A stretch of 62,598 bases of DNA, the filler included, from Dimargaris cristalligena (lineage: Eukaryota): NCBI GenBank assembly GCA_003614675.1. It is 26 parts of 26 records of this genome, joined end to end, with 100 filler letters (N's around TTAATTAATTAA, not from the genome) between each part and the next. Parts side by side here need not be neighbours in the genome. Positions count along the whole stretch, not along the records: positions 31,724 to 34,025 come from ML004262.1; positions 34,126 to 36,427 come from ML004263.1; positions 36,528 to 38,827 come from ML004264.1; positions 38,928 to 41,187 come from ML004265.1; positions 41,288 to 43,584 come from ML004266.1; positions 43,685 to 45,981 come from ML004267.1; 20 more parts are not named here. The stretch is one strand, 5' to 3'. Both the position numbers and the translations under genes were made by a program. Of the stretch, positions 33,761 through 45,981 are shown one piece after another. The notes below the pieces were generated by a model. The model did not search any database, was not told the DNA's origin, and saw nothing but the letters and a program-made list of their open reading frames with translations. The stretch's first letter is position 1, and each line of letters opens with the position of its first letter.

Positions 33761-34025
33761 TGTCAGTCCTCCTAATCTGACCTAATCCAGACTTAATGAT
33801 TATCCACCCTTATTAGGCCTTATAGTACCATATCAACCCTCCCATAGTTACCCCTGGTACTCTGAGACCATTATTCAGTATATAATCCTTCTCCTTCCTG
33901 CCCCAATGCTTTGCACAAAAACACTCAACCTACTAATCCAAAGACTCTTCTAGTTCCCATGAGAGTCTTCCAGATGTGAAGCCATCCAGTCAGATCCTAT
34001 ATCTACCTATACCTTAGTCTTAGTA
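33761..34025 (-). mobile_element. Family B LTR, truncated by the contig end
   Basis: TGTCAGTCCTCCTAATCT... aligns with the 27086 copy. Confidence 0.8.
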
Positions 34026-34406
34026 NNNNNNNNNNNNNNNNNNNNNNNNNNNNNNNNNNNNNNNNNNNNTTAATTAATTAANNNNNNNNNNNNNNNNNNN
34101 NNNNNNNNNNNNNNNNNNNNNNNNNAGCACCTTGCTAGGATCTTTGGGTGGCTCCTATTAGTTTGTGGTGGTACAACCATACAACCAAGAGATATATTGG
34201 TAGGAACATGAGTATATAAAGGGATTTTGCGATATAAGATACAAGGTCGATTAGGCTAAGTACAAACTTGGCAAGGGGAAATGGCAGGCAATCTGTTGGA
34301 CAATATGGCCCAAGGGGAGAATCGAGTACCCGGATATGTCATTGTCTGTGATTCAAAGAGGGCGGTGGTTATTTAGGACAGAATTGTCTGTTGGCGGTTA
34401 ACTTAC

Positions 34407-34619
34407 CCAATAAGGGGGAACCTCGCCGGGGTCGGTGGAGCAGGCTAGGTAAAAGTTGTAACATAATAAGCCGAGCAGAATGTTGAATCCGCCTAGGATG
34501 GCCATGCACTCTAGAGTAAAACCACCCAAAAACTTCCAGAAGATGAATATCTGGGTGGTTAAGCCGATGAAGGCGATGAGTAGGCAGACGCCAATGACCA
34601 CTAGGGGCCCCAGCTTCAT
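34407..34619 (-). CDS. PFA4: Exon 1 of a DHHC palmitoyltransferase (PFA4/ZDHHC6-like)
   Basis: MKLGPLVVIGVCLLIAFIGLTTQIFIF...FNILLGLLCYNFYLACSTDPGEVPPYW followed by a GTAAGT donor at 34406. Confidence 0.75.
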
Positions 34620-35997
34620 AGTGGGGAACTGGAAGGGGAAGGCGTAGAGGGGTTGTGAAGGTGTGTTCCGAATCGGGCTAGTCACAAGCGGATAGTGTGA
34701 ATGAAACAGAAGAAAAAGGGGGCTGGCTAATGTGGATGGGAGGGAGAGTAAGGAATTTTCGGTCGAATCGCTGGGTAGATTGATACACTTTGGCAAAATA
34801 GGCCAAGGGATAAATAATACGTAAGGAGGATTACGGTTCGCTACATGCGAAGTGGATGCTAAAATTGACCGGTTGGCTTTGGCAGCCTAAGGAAAAAGAC
34901 ACACACTACTGCTTTAGTGATGCATAGAGTGAGGGGTTGGTAACAGCGGGTCCTTAGAAAGTAAGAGGGTGTGTGTAGTGGTGGTGGGTATTCCGTAGAG
35001 AACTGTACGAAACACTCGGCGAGTAGAATATTAGCAGGAGTTGCTTGCTGGTTGAGTAGGAGAAGGATTAGAAAAGGGGGAGTCACTATTAGTGGTCGAG
35101 GAAAAAGAGAAATTAGGAGAAGAAGCTGGAAAGGGGAAGGACACCCGTTGGTATTTAAGAGTAAGACTTTTCACCAGTGTCCGGGTTCTGTAGTTCGAGG
35201 TTGATTGTTCGGCCTTGATGAGCAGCAGAAAACTTGGGTGGTTGAACAATGGCGTGGACCAATGCGGGCGAATAGAGCCGCGGGGCATTGGAGGATGAAT
35301 GTAATTGTATGCTGTATGCAACTAGCGGAAGGTATCAGAAAAACTACCACTGACTGAGTAAACGTGCGATTACTAAGCGGAAAGATGTACAACAAGATGG
35401 AATATACCCGACCTTTGCTATATTTATATTTTTAAGCATGCCCAGCCGTAGGGGAAATTAGCCTTCAGATCCACAAATTGCTTTAATAAGAAGCTCCCCG
35501 GAAATTAGATAGTGCTGGCACGTTGGCTTCACGAATCAATAGAGGCGATCGTTGTGGTTAAATTTGGACCTTCGCCGAGCACCAAACTGACAGTAAACCC
35601 ATCTTGACGCCAGGGCAAAGGGTGTGTAATTAATTAGGCTGAAGCACCCATAGGGGAGGAAGAACCAGGCGGCTGCCCACTACTAGTCCTATTTGGAAAA
35701 GGAATTCGTGAAGAAATAGTCCAGTTTGGGACAATCATGGATATAGTGAAGGAACGGCTGGTTATTTTATTTAGAAACGCAAGCCGCTCGTGGATGTATA
35801 GTAAGTAAGCAGTGCCGTCGGTATTTTTATTATTGAGTGTAATGAGCCAACTGAGGCCTACTTACAGGGGATGTGTGTGGGCCACACTTGCCATTCGATT
35901 GGGAGAGGTGTCGGCTTGGACCAATATGGGCAGTTCTAAGGAGAGACAGTGCACGGGGGGGATAGGTACTTCTATATATCTGTATACAAATGCATAT

Positions 35998-36133
35998 GGG
36001 AGAAATTCAAACCAGCTGTATAAGGTTTTACATAATACGTGTATGGGCGAATATATGTGAGAATAACTTTTAACCAGTAATATTGGCCTCATCCAATGGA
36101 TTTTTCATTATACAGCCTGAATGAACTTCTCCC
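35998..36133 (+). mobile_element. MITE family E, best-preserved copy
   Basis: ATAT-GGGAGAAATTCA...TGAACTTCTCCC-ATAT. Confidence 0.75.
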
Positions 36134-36527
36134 ATATATAGATGGATGTATATATATATATTCTTACTTATAAATATGTGAGGGGGGGCCTGACGATAGA
36201 AAAGCAGGGGGGTCGCCCAATCAATGTACGCGCCGTCCCGTACAAAGCTCGTGTCATTTGGAGTGTAGCACGTTAAGGCAGGCGTCTCAGTGGAGAGCCG
36301 AATCGGATGAACACGCCAAGGACTAGTAGTCATCGAACCTTTGGCCCTGGGCCCTGAATCGTCAAAGAATAACACCACGCATGAACCCCGGGGTGATATG
36401 ATAAAAATCCCCCTGATTGGTCCACGCNNNNNNNNNNNNNNNNNNNNNNNNNNNNNNNNNNNNNNNNNNNNTTAATTAATTAANNNNNNNNNNNNNNNNN
36501 NNNNNNNNNNNNNNNNNNNNNNNNNNN

Positions 36528-38417
36528 TTCTACGCGAACGGGCGCCAGCGATACGGCATTGCAACGGGGATTCCGGGGAAGCGGGACTACTGGCCAAGCA
36601 ATGCGTCGCCAAAGACTCTGGACGACCTCCTGAAGATCAAGGGTGAGCTCACCATCAGCCATTGCTTCCGTGTGTCGTCACCCAGCGCAGCAAAGCGTTT
36701 CATCGACAGTATCCGCAAGTACCACGAAGGCCAGCGCTTCGATGTGCGCCAGCTGCTCGCGGCGACCCTGCGCGGGACTGATATGGACGCCAAGCCAGGG
36801 CGCCAGAACAAAACGCGCCTGAAGGCCGCCGAAGAGGCGAACACACGCGCCGGCAAGGTCGAAATGCTTGAGGAGATCTACGGCTTCTACAACTTCACCG
36901 TCATTGCGTACTCGCCCGTGTTCGAGGAAACGCCGGCCTCGAAGGGTCTTGCCGGCGAGCAGGCCTACAAGAAAGCCGTGGCGACACACAACGCCGTGGA
37001 AGACGTTCTGCGCGCAGCCCAGTTCATACCGGTGCGCGAGACTCTGCACGCCATGTCGGCGTTTGCGACCACCATTCCGGGTATGTGGCGCGAGTGCGCG
37101 CGCTGGGCGTTTCTCGACACCGAAGCCGTTTCCCGCTTGCTGCCGCTGCGCGGCGTCTCGCGCGGCTCAATGTTCAATGCGCATCTGTCCAAGCAGATGC
37201 GCACACGGATTCCGGCGCTGGCGGCGTTTACCACCGAATACGGTACGCCTTTCTGGTTTACCGCCTACCTGATGGACCTTGGCCACATGCTCATCTGTGG
37301 CCGCTCGGGCTTCGGCAAGACCATCTTCATGTTGCTGTGCGCGACACTGTTCCGGAAATATCCGAACGCGCGGCTGATCGGCTTCGACATGAATTTGTCG
37401 ATGCGCATTCCGACTGTCCTGCAGGGTGGGCGCTATCTGCAATTTGCGGCCGATGCCAACACCGTGGCCGAAGAGGAGCGGGCAACCTGCAATCCCTATG
37501 TCCTGCTGGGTCATCTCCGCCATCTCAAGTTCCTAGTCGACTGGACCGTGCTGCTGGCCAGCCAGCGAGGCTATCGGCCCACCACGGACGATCGAAAAGC
37601 CATCGAGAAGGCGATACGCGCAGCTGCTACGCGCGACCCTCAATTCTGGCGTCTGCGGTTCGTGCACGCCTCCCTGCCCAATGGCCCGCTGAAAAACGAG
37701 CTTGACCAGTGGGTGGGCGAGGCGGTCGACGCGCTCTACTTCGATAACGAACAAGACGGTTTCGACGACACGCAGTGGACCTCGATTGCAACGGACAAGA
37801 TCCTCAAGGATCACGCCGTTGCGCGCCCGTTCCTCTCCTACGCGACCTACCGTATTCAGGACGAAATCGAGCAACGCCGGTTGCGCGGGGTCATCGCGCC
37901 AACCGTCGTCATGCTCCCGGAAATCTGGTCGCTGCTCGATGACAACCAGTTCGCCAAGCAGATCGGTGAATGGATCGTGACCATGCGCAAGCTGCTCGGT
38001 TGCGTTTGGATGGACGCACAGACCCCCGAACAAGTCGCCAACTCACCGATTTGGCCCGCCATCCGCGACAACGTTCTGATCCGCGTCTTCGTGCCCGTCA
38101 AGGATTTCAAGCCGGATACCAAGAAGGCCTACGAGGAAAAGTTTGGTCTCACGCAGACCCAGCAGGACGCGATCAAGAAGCTCAAGGCCAAGCGCGACTA
38201 CTTCATTACCGAGGACGGCGGGATCTCCCGCAGCGTCTCAGTTCCCCTGCCTCCGCGCACGGAGGCCATCCTGCGCTCCGAACTGCAGGCGCAGATCCTC
38301 TTCGATCGGCATATGCGTTCCGGTGAGCCGGACTGGAAGGAGCGCTACATCGAGGAGGCCACTGCACAGATCGAAGCCGACAAACTCAACCTAGACGATG
38401 AGGACCGCCATGCATAA
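36528..38417 (+). CDS. virB4: Bacterial type IV secretion ATPase VirB4/TrbE-like; 5' truncated
   Basis: Frame open from the contig start; T.YGTPFWF...LGHMLICGRSGFGKT (Walker A), FDMNLSM, NPY, EIWSLL...WIVTMRK and KRDYF motifs; GC-rich bacterial codon usage. Confidence 0.85.
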   Translation, partial: FYANGRQRYGIATGIPGKRDYWPSNASPKTLDDLLKIKGELTISHCFRVSSPSAAKRFIDSIRKYHEGQRFDVRQLLAATLRGTDMDAKPGRQNKTRLKAAEEANTRAGKVEMLEEIYGFYNFTVIAYSPVFEETPASKGLAGEQAYKKAVATHNAVEDVLRAAQFIPVRETLHAMSAFATTIPGMWRECARWAFLDTEAVSRLLPLRGVSRGSMFNAHLSKQMRTRIPALAAFTTEYGTPFWFTAYLMDLGHMLICGRSGFGKTIFMLLCATLFRKYPNARLIGFDMNLSMRIPTVLQGGRYLQFAADANTVAEEERATCNPYVLLGHLRHLKFLVDWTVLLASQRGYRPTTDDRKAIEKAIRAAATRDPQFWRLRFVHASLPNGPLKNELDQWVGEAVDALYFDNEQDGFDDTQWTSIATDKILKDHAVARPFLSYATYRIQDEIEQRRLRGVIAPTVVMLPEIWSLLDDNQFAKQIGEWIVTMRKLLGCVWMDAQTPEQVANSPIWPAIRDNVLIRVFVPVKDFKPDTKKAYEEKFGLTQTQQDAIKKLKAKRDYFITEDGGISRSVSVPLPPRTEAILRSELQAQILFDRHMRSGEPDWKERYIEEATAQIEADKLNLDDEDRHA

Positions 38418-38790
38418 GACCTTCATTCGCAATGACATCGAGGTGCGCGTATTTGCTGCCCCCAAGGCACTCGAACCCGAAACCCGGAAGCAGTACGAAG
38501 AACTCAGCTTGACCTCCGCTGAGGTGAATGCAGTCAAGGCCTCGCGTATTGCCCGCACGGCGAAGCGCGCGGCCGCAGCGCTCGCGCTCTGCACGTCAGC
38601 TTCGGCATTCGCCGGCAGCGTGGCTGGCTTCGGCGGCGCGACCGAGATTACGCAGTTGCTCAACAACGCCGAACTGGTGTCCTCGGTTGCCCAGCAAGCC
38701 CAGATGGTCGAGCAGAACATCCAGGCGCAAATCACCCGGCTGCAAAACCTCGCCCAGGTGCCGGGCGAGCTCATCAACGAGCCCACTTGC
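38410..38790 (+). CDS. trbJ: Conjugal transfer protein TrbJ/VirB5-like; 3' truncated
   Basis: GAGGA RBS before the ATG at 38410, overlapping the end of virB4; signal-like AAAALALCTSASAFA; GGATEITQLLNNAELV motif. An alternative GTG start is possible at 38524. Confidence 0.7.
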
Positions 38791-39969
38791 GCAGGAAATA
38801 GGCGTTGTTGTCGGCGGTCGGGGTGAANNNNNNNNNNNNNNNNNNNNNNNNNNNNNNNNNNNNNNNNNNNNTTAATTAATTAANNNNNNNNNNNNNNNNN
38901 NNNNNNNNNNNNNNNNNNNNNNNNNNNTTAACCCGGCCGAGTTTGCTGTACCTGGCCAAGTTTCCTTGATTGACCGCTTCAGTCCCTTGTTTTGGGACCA
39001 GTATTGCATTGCTTCGACTTGGGTTCTTCCTTTGCTTTGTATTCCCGCTTGTCTGTTTCAACCACGCCTCCAATACCAGTCTTAAGGACCGGGGCGATTG
39101 CCAGTGCCACCCCTATTGCACCACTGCCCGCCCCAGCCCCAGCACCAACACCAGAGGCAGTCTCAGCTCCCTTGGCCGGCTCTGGGCCCGAAAACCCCGA
39201 TGCTAATGAACCCCCTGCCCCACTACAAACATAATAGAGTTCCGGGTTATTCGTAGTGTTTAGTATGCCATATATAATCTCACCTATTACCCTGTTCAAC
39301 TGTGCAGCCCCCCCTCTTCCTCATCTTCATGTATGCCCCATTATTAATATAAAACTCAACCTTATTTTCAACCTGCTTAATGCATCCATACTTACTACTA
39401 CATCAACCTCATTTATTTATATTATACATATTATACGTATATACTATATTCGCAGCTCGTTTCATATATTATTTCACCAGACTCGATTACGTATATGTTA
39501 TAAATGCCACATTATCTGTTCGATATAGTTGTATTTTAAATACCGGCCCAGCGCCTAAGTAGAACGCGATGTATCCCGCCTATAGGTGTGTTAGTATCCC
39601 TACCGGCTTTATTTTCCTTCCCCTTCATGGTGAATTTCTGGCTGTATTTCATTACAATATTACTGTGTTTTTCTAAATAAAAGATGGCAGGTCATTTAAC
39701 TAGGCACTACATTAGCCCGAATTTCGCACTTTGACTCTTTCGACGATTGGAGGTGTGATTGGGTATTGGGCGGGTTTTGGTGCTGTTAAATGTTTAATGA
39801 TAAATGGAGAAAACTTAGCAGGGGTGGCTGCTGGTGCGTATGATAATAATATAAATGCAAAATCGGGGGAAATGAAAAGGACGGCTGGTCTAATGCAGGA
39901 CCATTAGCCTGGAAATCGAATGATAAAATCAGGTAATTGGGTGACAATATGAGATCGATTCTTCGGTCA

Positions 39970-40524
39970 TTAGTCGTACATGTAAATTCGGGAGGCGATG
40001 TCGCCCACAATCCAGTCCATGCCTTCCAAAAGATTTTCGCCCGTTACGGCACTACAGGGCAAAACGGACCAGTGGTGGGTGGTAATATCGCGCAGCCGCA
40101 ACCGGTCGATGATTTCGGCGGTACTCAACGCCCCTTGAATGTCCTGTTTATTAGCCAGTACCAGCAACGACGCCCCCGCGAGTTTCTCTTCCTTTAACAG
40201 CCCGGCCAGTTCCTGGTGACAGTCCGGCAAACGGAGGTGGTCCACGGCGTCCACGACCCAGACTAACCCATCAGTTTGTTCGAAATAATTCCGCCAGTAC
40301 GACCGGAGGGACTTTTGCCCGCCAATGTCCCAGACATTGAGCTTGTAGGCCCCGTGGACGAGGGTCTTGATGTTAAACCCTAAAGTAGGGGAAATGGTGT
40401 CAATGGGCTCGCCGTTGATCTTCTTGAGAATCGTGGTTTTGCCCGCATTGTCGAGCCCGAGCATCAGGATGCGCATCTCCTTCTCCTTCTGGCGGTTCTT
40501 GCGGAGTATCGTGAGTAGACCCAT
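39970..40524 (-). CDS. ARL2: ADP-ribosylation factor-like GTPase 2 (184 aa, intronless)
   Basis: [53 protein letters not shown] and NKQD; the real start is the ATG at 40524. Confidence 0.95.
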   Translation of the reverse strand: MGLLTILRKNRQKEKEMRILMLGLDNAGKTTILKKINGEPIDTISPTLGFNIKTLVHGAYKLNVWDIGGQKSLRSYWRNYFEQTDGLVWVVDAVDHLRLPDCHQELAGLLKEEKLAGASLLVLANKQDIQGALSTAEIIDRLRLRDITTHHWSVLPCSAVTGENLLEGMDWIVGDIASRIYMYD

Positions 40525-43102
40525 GGTGCCGCGGGGGAGGGTGATTGTAAAAGCTATGTCGGTGGTTAATGGTATAGCCCGATAAAATAAAATACAAAGA
40601 AAGGAGATGACGTTTATGACAAGGTGGGGATTGACTACCCGAGTTAGTATGGTATGGAATGGCACATGGGGGGATTAGCTAAACCCCGGGAACGTCCATT
40701 GGAAGGTGCGGTCCAATTCGGCCCATTTGGAAAAGTATGCCAAAAAATAATAATGACTGGGTCACACTGGGCGGAGTTTCATACATTACATATTGTACTG
40801 GTAAGTAAGTAGTCGGTGGGTCTGACGCGGCCTTTGGTCCAGTTGATTTACGGGGGGTTTCTGCTTACGCGACCCGATTTTCCGGTTGGAGCACCAGCGG
40901 AGTCACCCGCTAGTATATAAATATAAGGAAAACACCAATTTTTAAGTAGGGCCCAATCTAGCTTGAAATGGTCAAGTATTCACCGCCCGTTGGGGTTAAC
41001 TAAACCGGGGCTAAGTATCGCCGGCTGTGGTAATTTGTCTTTTACAGCGAAATAGAATTTTAAAGATCCCGTACCTCGCTACCCAGGGATTCCAAGCAAA
41101 ACAAAAGGGTAGCAACACTGCAACCGCCAGGCGAGGCGGAACACCCAACTATAGAGCGACTAGGACATCCGGCCAATGAAATCGTCCNNNNNNNNNNNNN
41201 NNNNNNNNNNNNNNNNNNNNNNNNNNNNNNNTTAATTAATTAANNNNNNNNNNNNNNNNNNNNNNNNNNNNNNNNNNNNNNNNNNNNATTCTGCTATCAT
41301 GAGATCATTCATATTAGCCACTTATATTTCACCCCACAGAAAATTACAGTTCAATAAAACTAACCACCTAGAGGCACCTGCCATCCTCTAGCTACTTTCT
41401 TTCCTTTCTTCCAGTTTTATTTCCTTTAAGTCCTTGGTATTCTAACAGTTAAATGCTTAGCTGGATGTGTCACTCTTTTGCAGTCACCCGCTAAATGCAC
41501 CATGTCTGAGCATTAATTGGCTAGGTTCCAGTGGGAGGAACAGAAGTGACGACCAACTGAGGAGAAGAGTCCATCACTTATGGATGTAATTTTTAAAAGA
41601 CATGGTGGCAATGAGGTTGCATAGGTGGAATGGCCCCGAAGGGATAGAAATGCCTTAGACTGTCTCTCTGCTTATACTGTTACTAGAGAGAGAGGCCGTT
41701 AGAAATACAATTGAGCATGAATTCTTGGAATGGGTACCTTAAACCCCCAGGTGTGGCAACCATACCAAAGGCAACTATTACCTAGCCATGGCTGTAATCT
41801 CCAAAAACACTCAGTGAAACAATGATGCATCCATCAGAATTTCCTGGGGTATAATTTTTTTGTATATCCTTTGTCATACCCGTAGCATAGGATCCAACTA
41901 CATAATAGAGAGTTCCAACCGATCCATCATCACTGAAAAAAAATGTTTTATGGTCAGCACCACCACTCATGAATTCATTAGTGTGCAGCATTTTAGTATA
42001 TTCCATTCAGCAGCAATTGAATGAGTGCGTATTCATTATTATATGAAAGCATGGTGCGCGGGGCCATATTAAACCGGTGACTAGTGCATGGTTTAGCTAC
42101 TAGCACTTTGATATAGTTCCAGTATTTGGGTTAAAACCCGGCATGATCCCAATCAATAATAACTGCACTATGACCATTGTGGACTATAATGCTACGTTGG
42201 GCTAGATCACCATGGGTTAAAACAATGCTAAATCAGTAGGTAAAAACTGTCAAACGAAAGTTTGGGATTCATCACTTAAAATACCTAGGGGGATAGATAT
42301 AGAAGCTGTGACGTTTCACGTTTCACGTTACATATCTAATATATAATCAATTATTGATGTATCTGTCTGCATTGCTTCTATAATTATTCAACAGTCCGAG
42401 TCATTACTGCCTTACATTCTTATGTGGTATCCTGGCTTTACTCCAACACACCATAATTACACTTCGGCCTAACAACTACACCAACCTTTTATAAAGAATG
42501 TCCTCAGTGGACGTGTAATAAAAACAGGCATTATCATTCCCAACAACCTGTACCATCAAACTTACAATTACTGTACTTGTTTACTAGCTTTTATCCATCT
42601 TACTTACACACCTCAAATAAACCTTTATCTTAACACCAACATTGGCTTTGAATGATGTGGGGTTACTTATTACTTCCTATATTGTTACAACATAGGCTAT
42701 CCAGCGCTACAGCATCAACAGTATCCCACCTACAAGGGTGACGCCACCAATACCCGAAACAATTCCCACTATAGGTTTACCCTACTGGCGTACATCAAAA
42801 AAATCACACTCGCCTTTATTTGTTGCCAACTCCATCTTTATCTTATTTGGCCATTTAGCATAACTATTATACTTAACGACCTAAGCGAGCCTTCCAAGTA
42901 CACATAGATAACTAGCGGAAATCCCACTGCTCTTTGGAAGGGGTCAATTGCTGCCTTCTCGCATTCTACCGTTCGGTCTTCCGTTCCCCATTTTGTTACC
43001 CTCTTCTGCAGCTTTAGATTTGCCCTCTGGGGTCGTGGAAGATGGCAGGTTTGCAGAGTTGGAGGAGACCGGGGCGTGGGTAGATGTGGCCATGGTGGTG
43101 GA

Positions 43103-43584
43103 TGTGCTGCCGTGGGCAGCTGGCCAGAGGCCGCGTAAGCCCCAGTACACATTACTAATCCAAGAAGTAACCATACTTTGGATGAATTCAAGGTCCCCGG
43201 ATGATTGACAAGTTATTTCCATGGGAACGGTCCGGGGTCATTAATGTAATTTTATTTTTTTATGCTAGCTGATTCTCTTTTGCTTCAGCTTTCCAAATCA
43301 TACTTCCATTTGCCTTTCCGTCCATTATTGACGAAGTTATAGGTCATCAAAGTCAATGACAATTTTAAAACTATGCTGATTGACCACCTCATATTACCAC
43401 TTTTATACTATGGATGATCCTTTATGAACAGGGCTTGGGAATAACCAGCCTCCAGTGGATTCCTTCTTGGAACCACACCATACATCTTCTTAGCATGAAT
43501 TCCTTTTTTCTTAGTTTTATCAATATCCAACATGAAGGAGGTCTGGGAAGGCTGTATCTTCCAACCTTCCAAGTTCTATATTTT
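43103..43584 (+). mobile_element. Family A 5' part (starts TGTGCTGCC)
   Basis: Reverse complement of 24450-24907; the shared boundary defines the element start. Confidence 0.8.
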
Positions 43585-45062
43585 NNNNNNNNNNNNNNNN
43601 NNNNNNNNNNNNNNNNNNNNNNNNNNNNTTAATTAATTAANNNNNNNNNNNNNNNNNNNNNNNNNNNNNNNNNNNNNNNNNNNNTGAAAAGAGTCGCCGT
43701 GGTCCGGCATCTGCCCCCCCCTTCTATTTTCCAGTTCGGCACCGGGCGGTCCATTAAAGTCGAGGGTGCTTACTTCTGGTAAGGGCCTGGCCTCCTGAGC
43801 GGCGTTTGGTGCAATTTCCGCAGACCATCCCTACTATTACCTCCGCTGAGTGGTCCTGTCGACCCGCGGCTGGTTTTACCACTCCGCCATCCGATTGCAT
43901 TTTCACGGGGCACGCCGACTAGTCCAATCCATATGGTTCGGCGCAGGTGTTGGTTGAACGAGGGTGCAATGCTAGCCCAACGGGGCTTGAGTGGCCGACA
44001 CTCTTCGCGAAAAGGCCGCTTTCCGTTCGGCATGGCCACTGGTGGTGGTATTGTTTGCATGGCCGTATCCAGCGGTGCCCTGGTGTCGGTCGACATTTAA
44101 CGGGAAGTCAGGGGCTACCACTTTCGGTGGTCGCAGCCAGGAAACCCCGTTGTTGAAGGTAAGGAAGGGCGGCAATAGCACTGACCACGAGCGAGGGTTA
44201 CACCCCCACTTGGTTCAGGCAACACGGACCACTCTCTTCCTCGTGCCACTACGCCTACTTAGTGGTCAGCGGACTATAGCGCTAAGTCGCACCAACCTCC
44301 TCGCCGCCGCGGATCCATACCAGCCGTGTGATTTGGCCCACTGCCTCTCACCGGCTAACCAATCCATAGAATCTCGCCATCCACCCGTTGGTGGGCCTCG
44401 GCTACCACATCTTCAACACCAAACCCCTATTTCAGCGCCAGCGTGTCCCTTCCCGAAAGCAGCGTCCGCCCAACTGGGCCTGTTGTTGTTTTTTATATAG
44501 TTTATTTTGCTCCACCTAGGCGGTCCTCGAATGGGGGCCTACCCGTGCTAGAGCCCACCCACCGCGCTACGTCTGTCTCTGTTGCCTCCCATTTCAATTA
44601 ATTACCCTCCTGTCACTATATCGTTTCCCTTTTCAATTTCCCGCATTTGACCGGCGCACTGTCATCCGACTTTAATACCAACCCTTCGGCAATCCTGTCC
44701 CCTCCCGTCGCTTGCATGGGCGTGTCCTTGGCCCTGCTATTTTAATCGTTTCAACGGCAAGCCCGCATCTCTCGTTCAGCCCCATGTCCCTGTATTTTAT
44801 TCAACCGTGATTCATTCTGTTACCTCCATTATTCGAATACCCTACCGTTACTATATTTGCTTCCCCAATTATCCACGGCTAATAGGCTATGCCCCGTACA
44901 ACCCGGAGCCTCATCCCCGTCCGTGTCCACTCTAAATGACAGTTTACTAAAGTAGGCTGCTTAAGAATTCGGATAGCTGCCCCTTTGCCTATTTAACCCT
45001 CCTCCCACCCCATACGCCAGGCCGTTTTTTGCATCTCAGCCTTATTCCAATTATCATTCGCC

Positions 45063-45981
45063 ATGGACCCCGAGTTTCCTCCCGATGGCTCTCATCCGGT
45101 CCCGTCCACCAAAGCCTCTAGCTGTGTCAACGACCAGGCGGGCAGCAGTTTTTGCTCAATCCGGCAAATCGTCTATGTGTCCATCATTGGCGTCTATTCC
45201 CTGGTGTTCCTGGTCACCACCGTACTGTTTTATCTTCGCGGCAAATACATTCGCGACATCAAACTGCGGTCCATCCGCCTGACTCTCCTCCAGGCTGCCA
45301 TGGGCTACGTGCTAACCATGGGCATCCTACTCGCCTCCCAAGACCGCCGCCAGGTTCCCTGTTATGTGTACCTTTGGGGCCTCCATATTGGGTACTACCT
45401 TTGGAACACCATGCTAATTTGCCGCACCCTCCAGTTTATCGTCAAGGCCCGCATGAGCGAAGATCGCATGTTATGGGTGGTCAACCTGGCCCAGGGCGAA
45501 CGGCTGTGCGACTGTGCTAGTCAGCCCCGGGGCCGACCCGCCCTCGGCCCCTTGCTACGGAAGTTGGTTACCCCCATCCGCCCGCTACGCCAAACCACTA
45601 CGCCCACCCCCACACCGGCGGGCCGGCTACCCGGTCGCAATGGCCCATCTGATCCTGCCCTAGCTCCCTCTGACCTGTTTCTTTGTCGGCACCGGTGTCG
45701 GGCCCTGAACCGCCTGCTCAAGTATGTGTTCCTCGGCGGTCTTGTGCTACTCCTGGCCTACTGCCTCACTATTCAACTGTCTAACGCCCGTTTTCGAGCC
45801 AGTCCACCGGTGATTAGCTGCCACGGAACCTTCTCCTACTATACCCCCCTGTTGGGTATGTTGGCCCTGGATATGTTGGTGGTCTACCCCGTGGCGGCCT
45901 ACCTGCTCTGGTATGTCGCGGACGCCTACCGTATCCGCAGCGAGCTGGTGAAGTCCATCCTGTTTTCCCCTGTTTGTCTGC
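45063..45981 (+). CDS. Multi-pass membrane protein, 7TM-RGS (GprK-like) receptor N-terminal part; 3' truncated
   Basis: TM1-IKLRS-TM2-PCYVYLW-TM3...YVADAYRIRSEL pattern typical of 7TM-RGS proteins; the RGS domain itself is not visible. Confidence 0.6.

Noticed and set aside
14705-38827. Virus-like, bacterial and fungal genes as one horizontally assembled island
   Set aside because: They are on separate contigs ordered roughly by length; adjacency carries no information.
36587-38875. Many overlapping alternative-frame ORFs in the bacterial contig (likewise within TRP2, SER1 and LMBRD1)
   Set aside because: Expected shadow ORFs of GC-rich coding DNA with no recognisable motifs.
40525-40665. 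47-aa N-terminal extension of ARL2 in the ORF track
   Set aside because: ARL2 proteins begin MGLL; the ATG at 40524 gives the canonical 184 aa.
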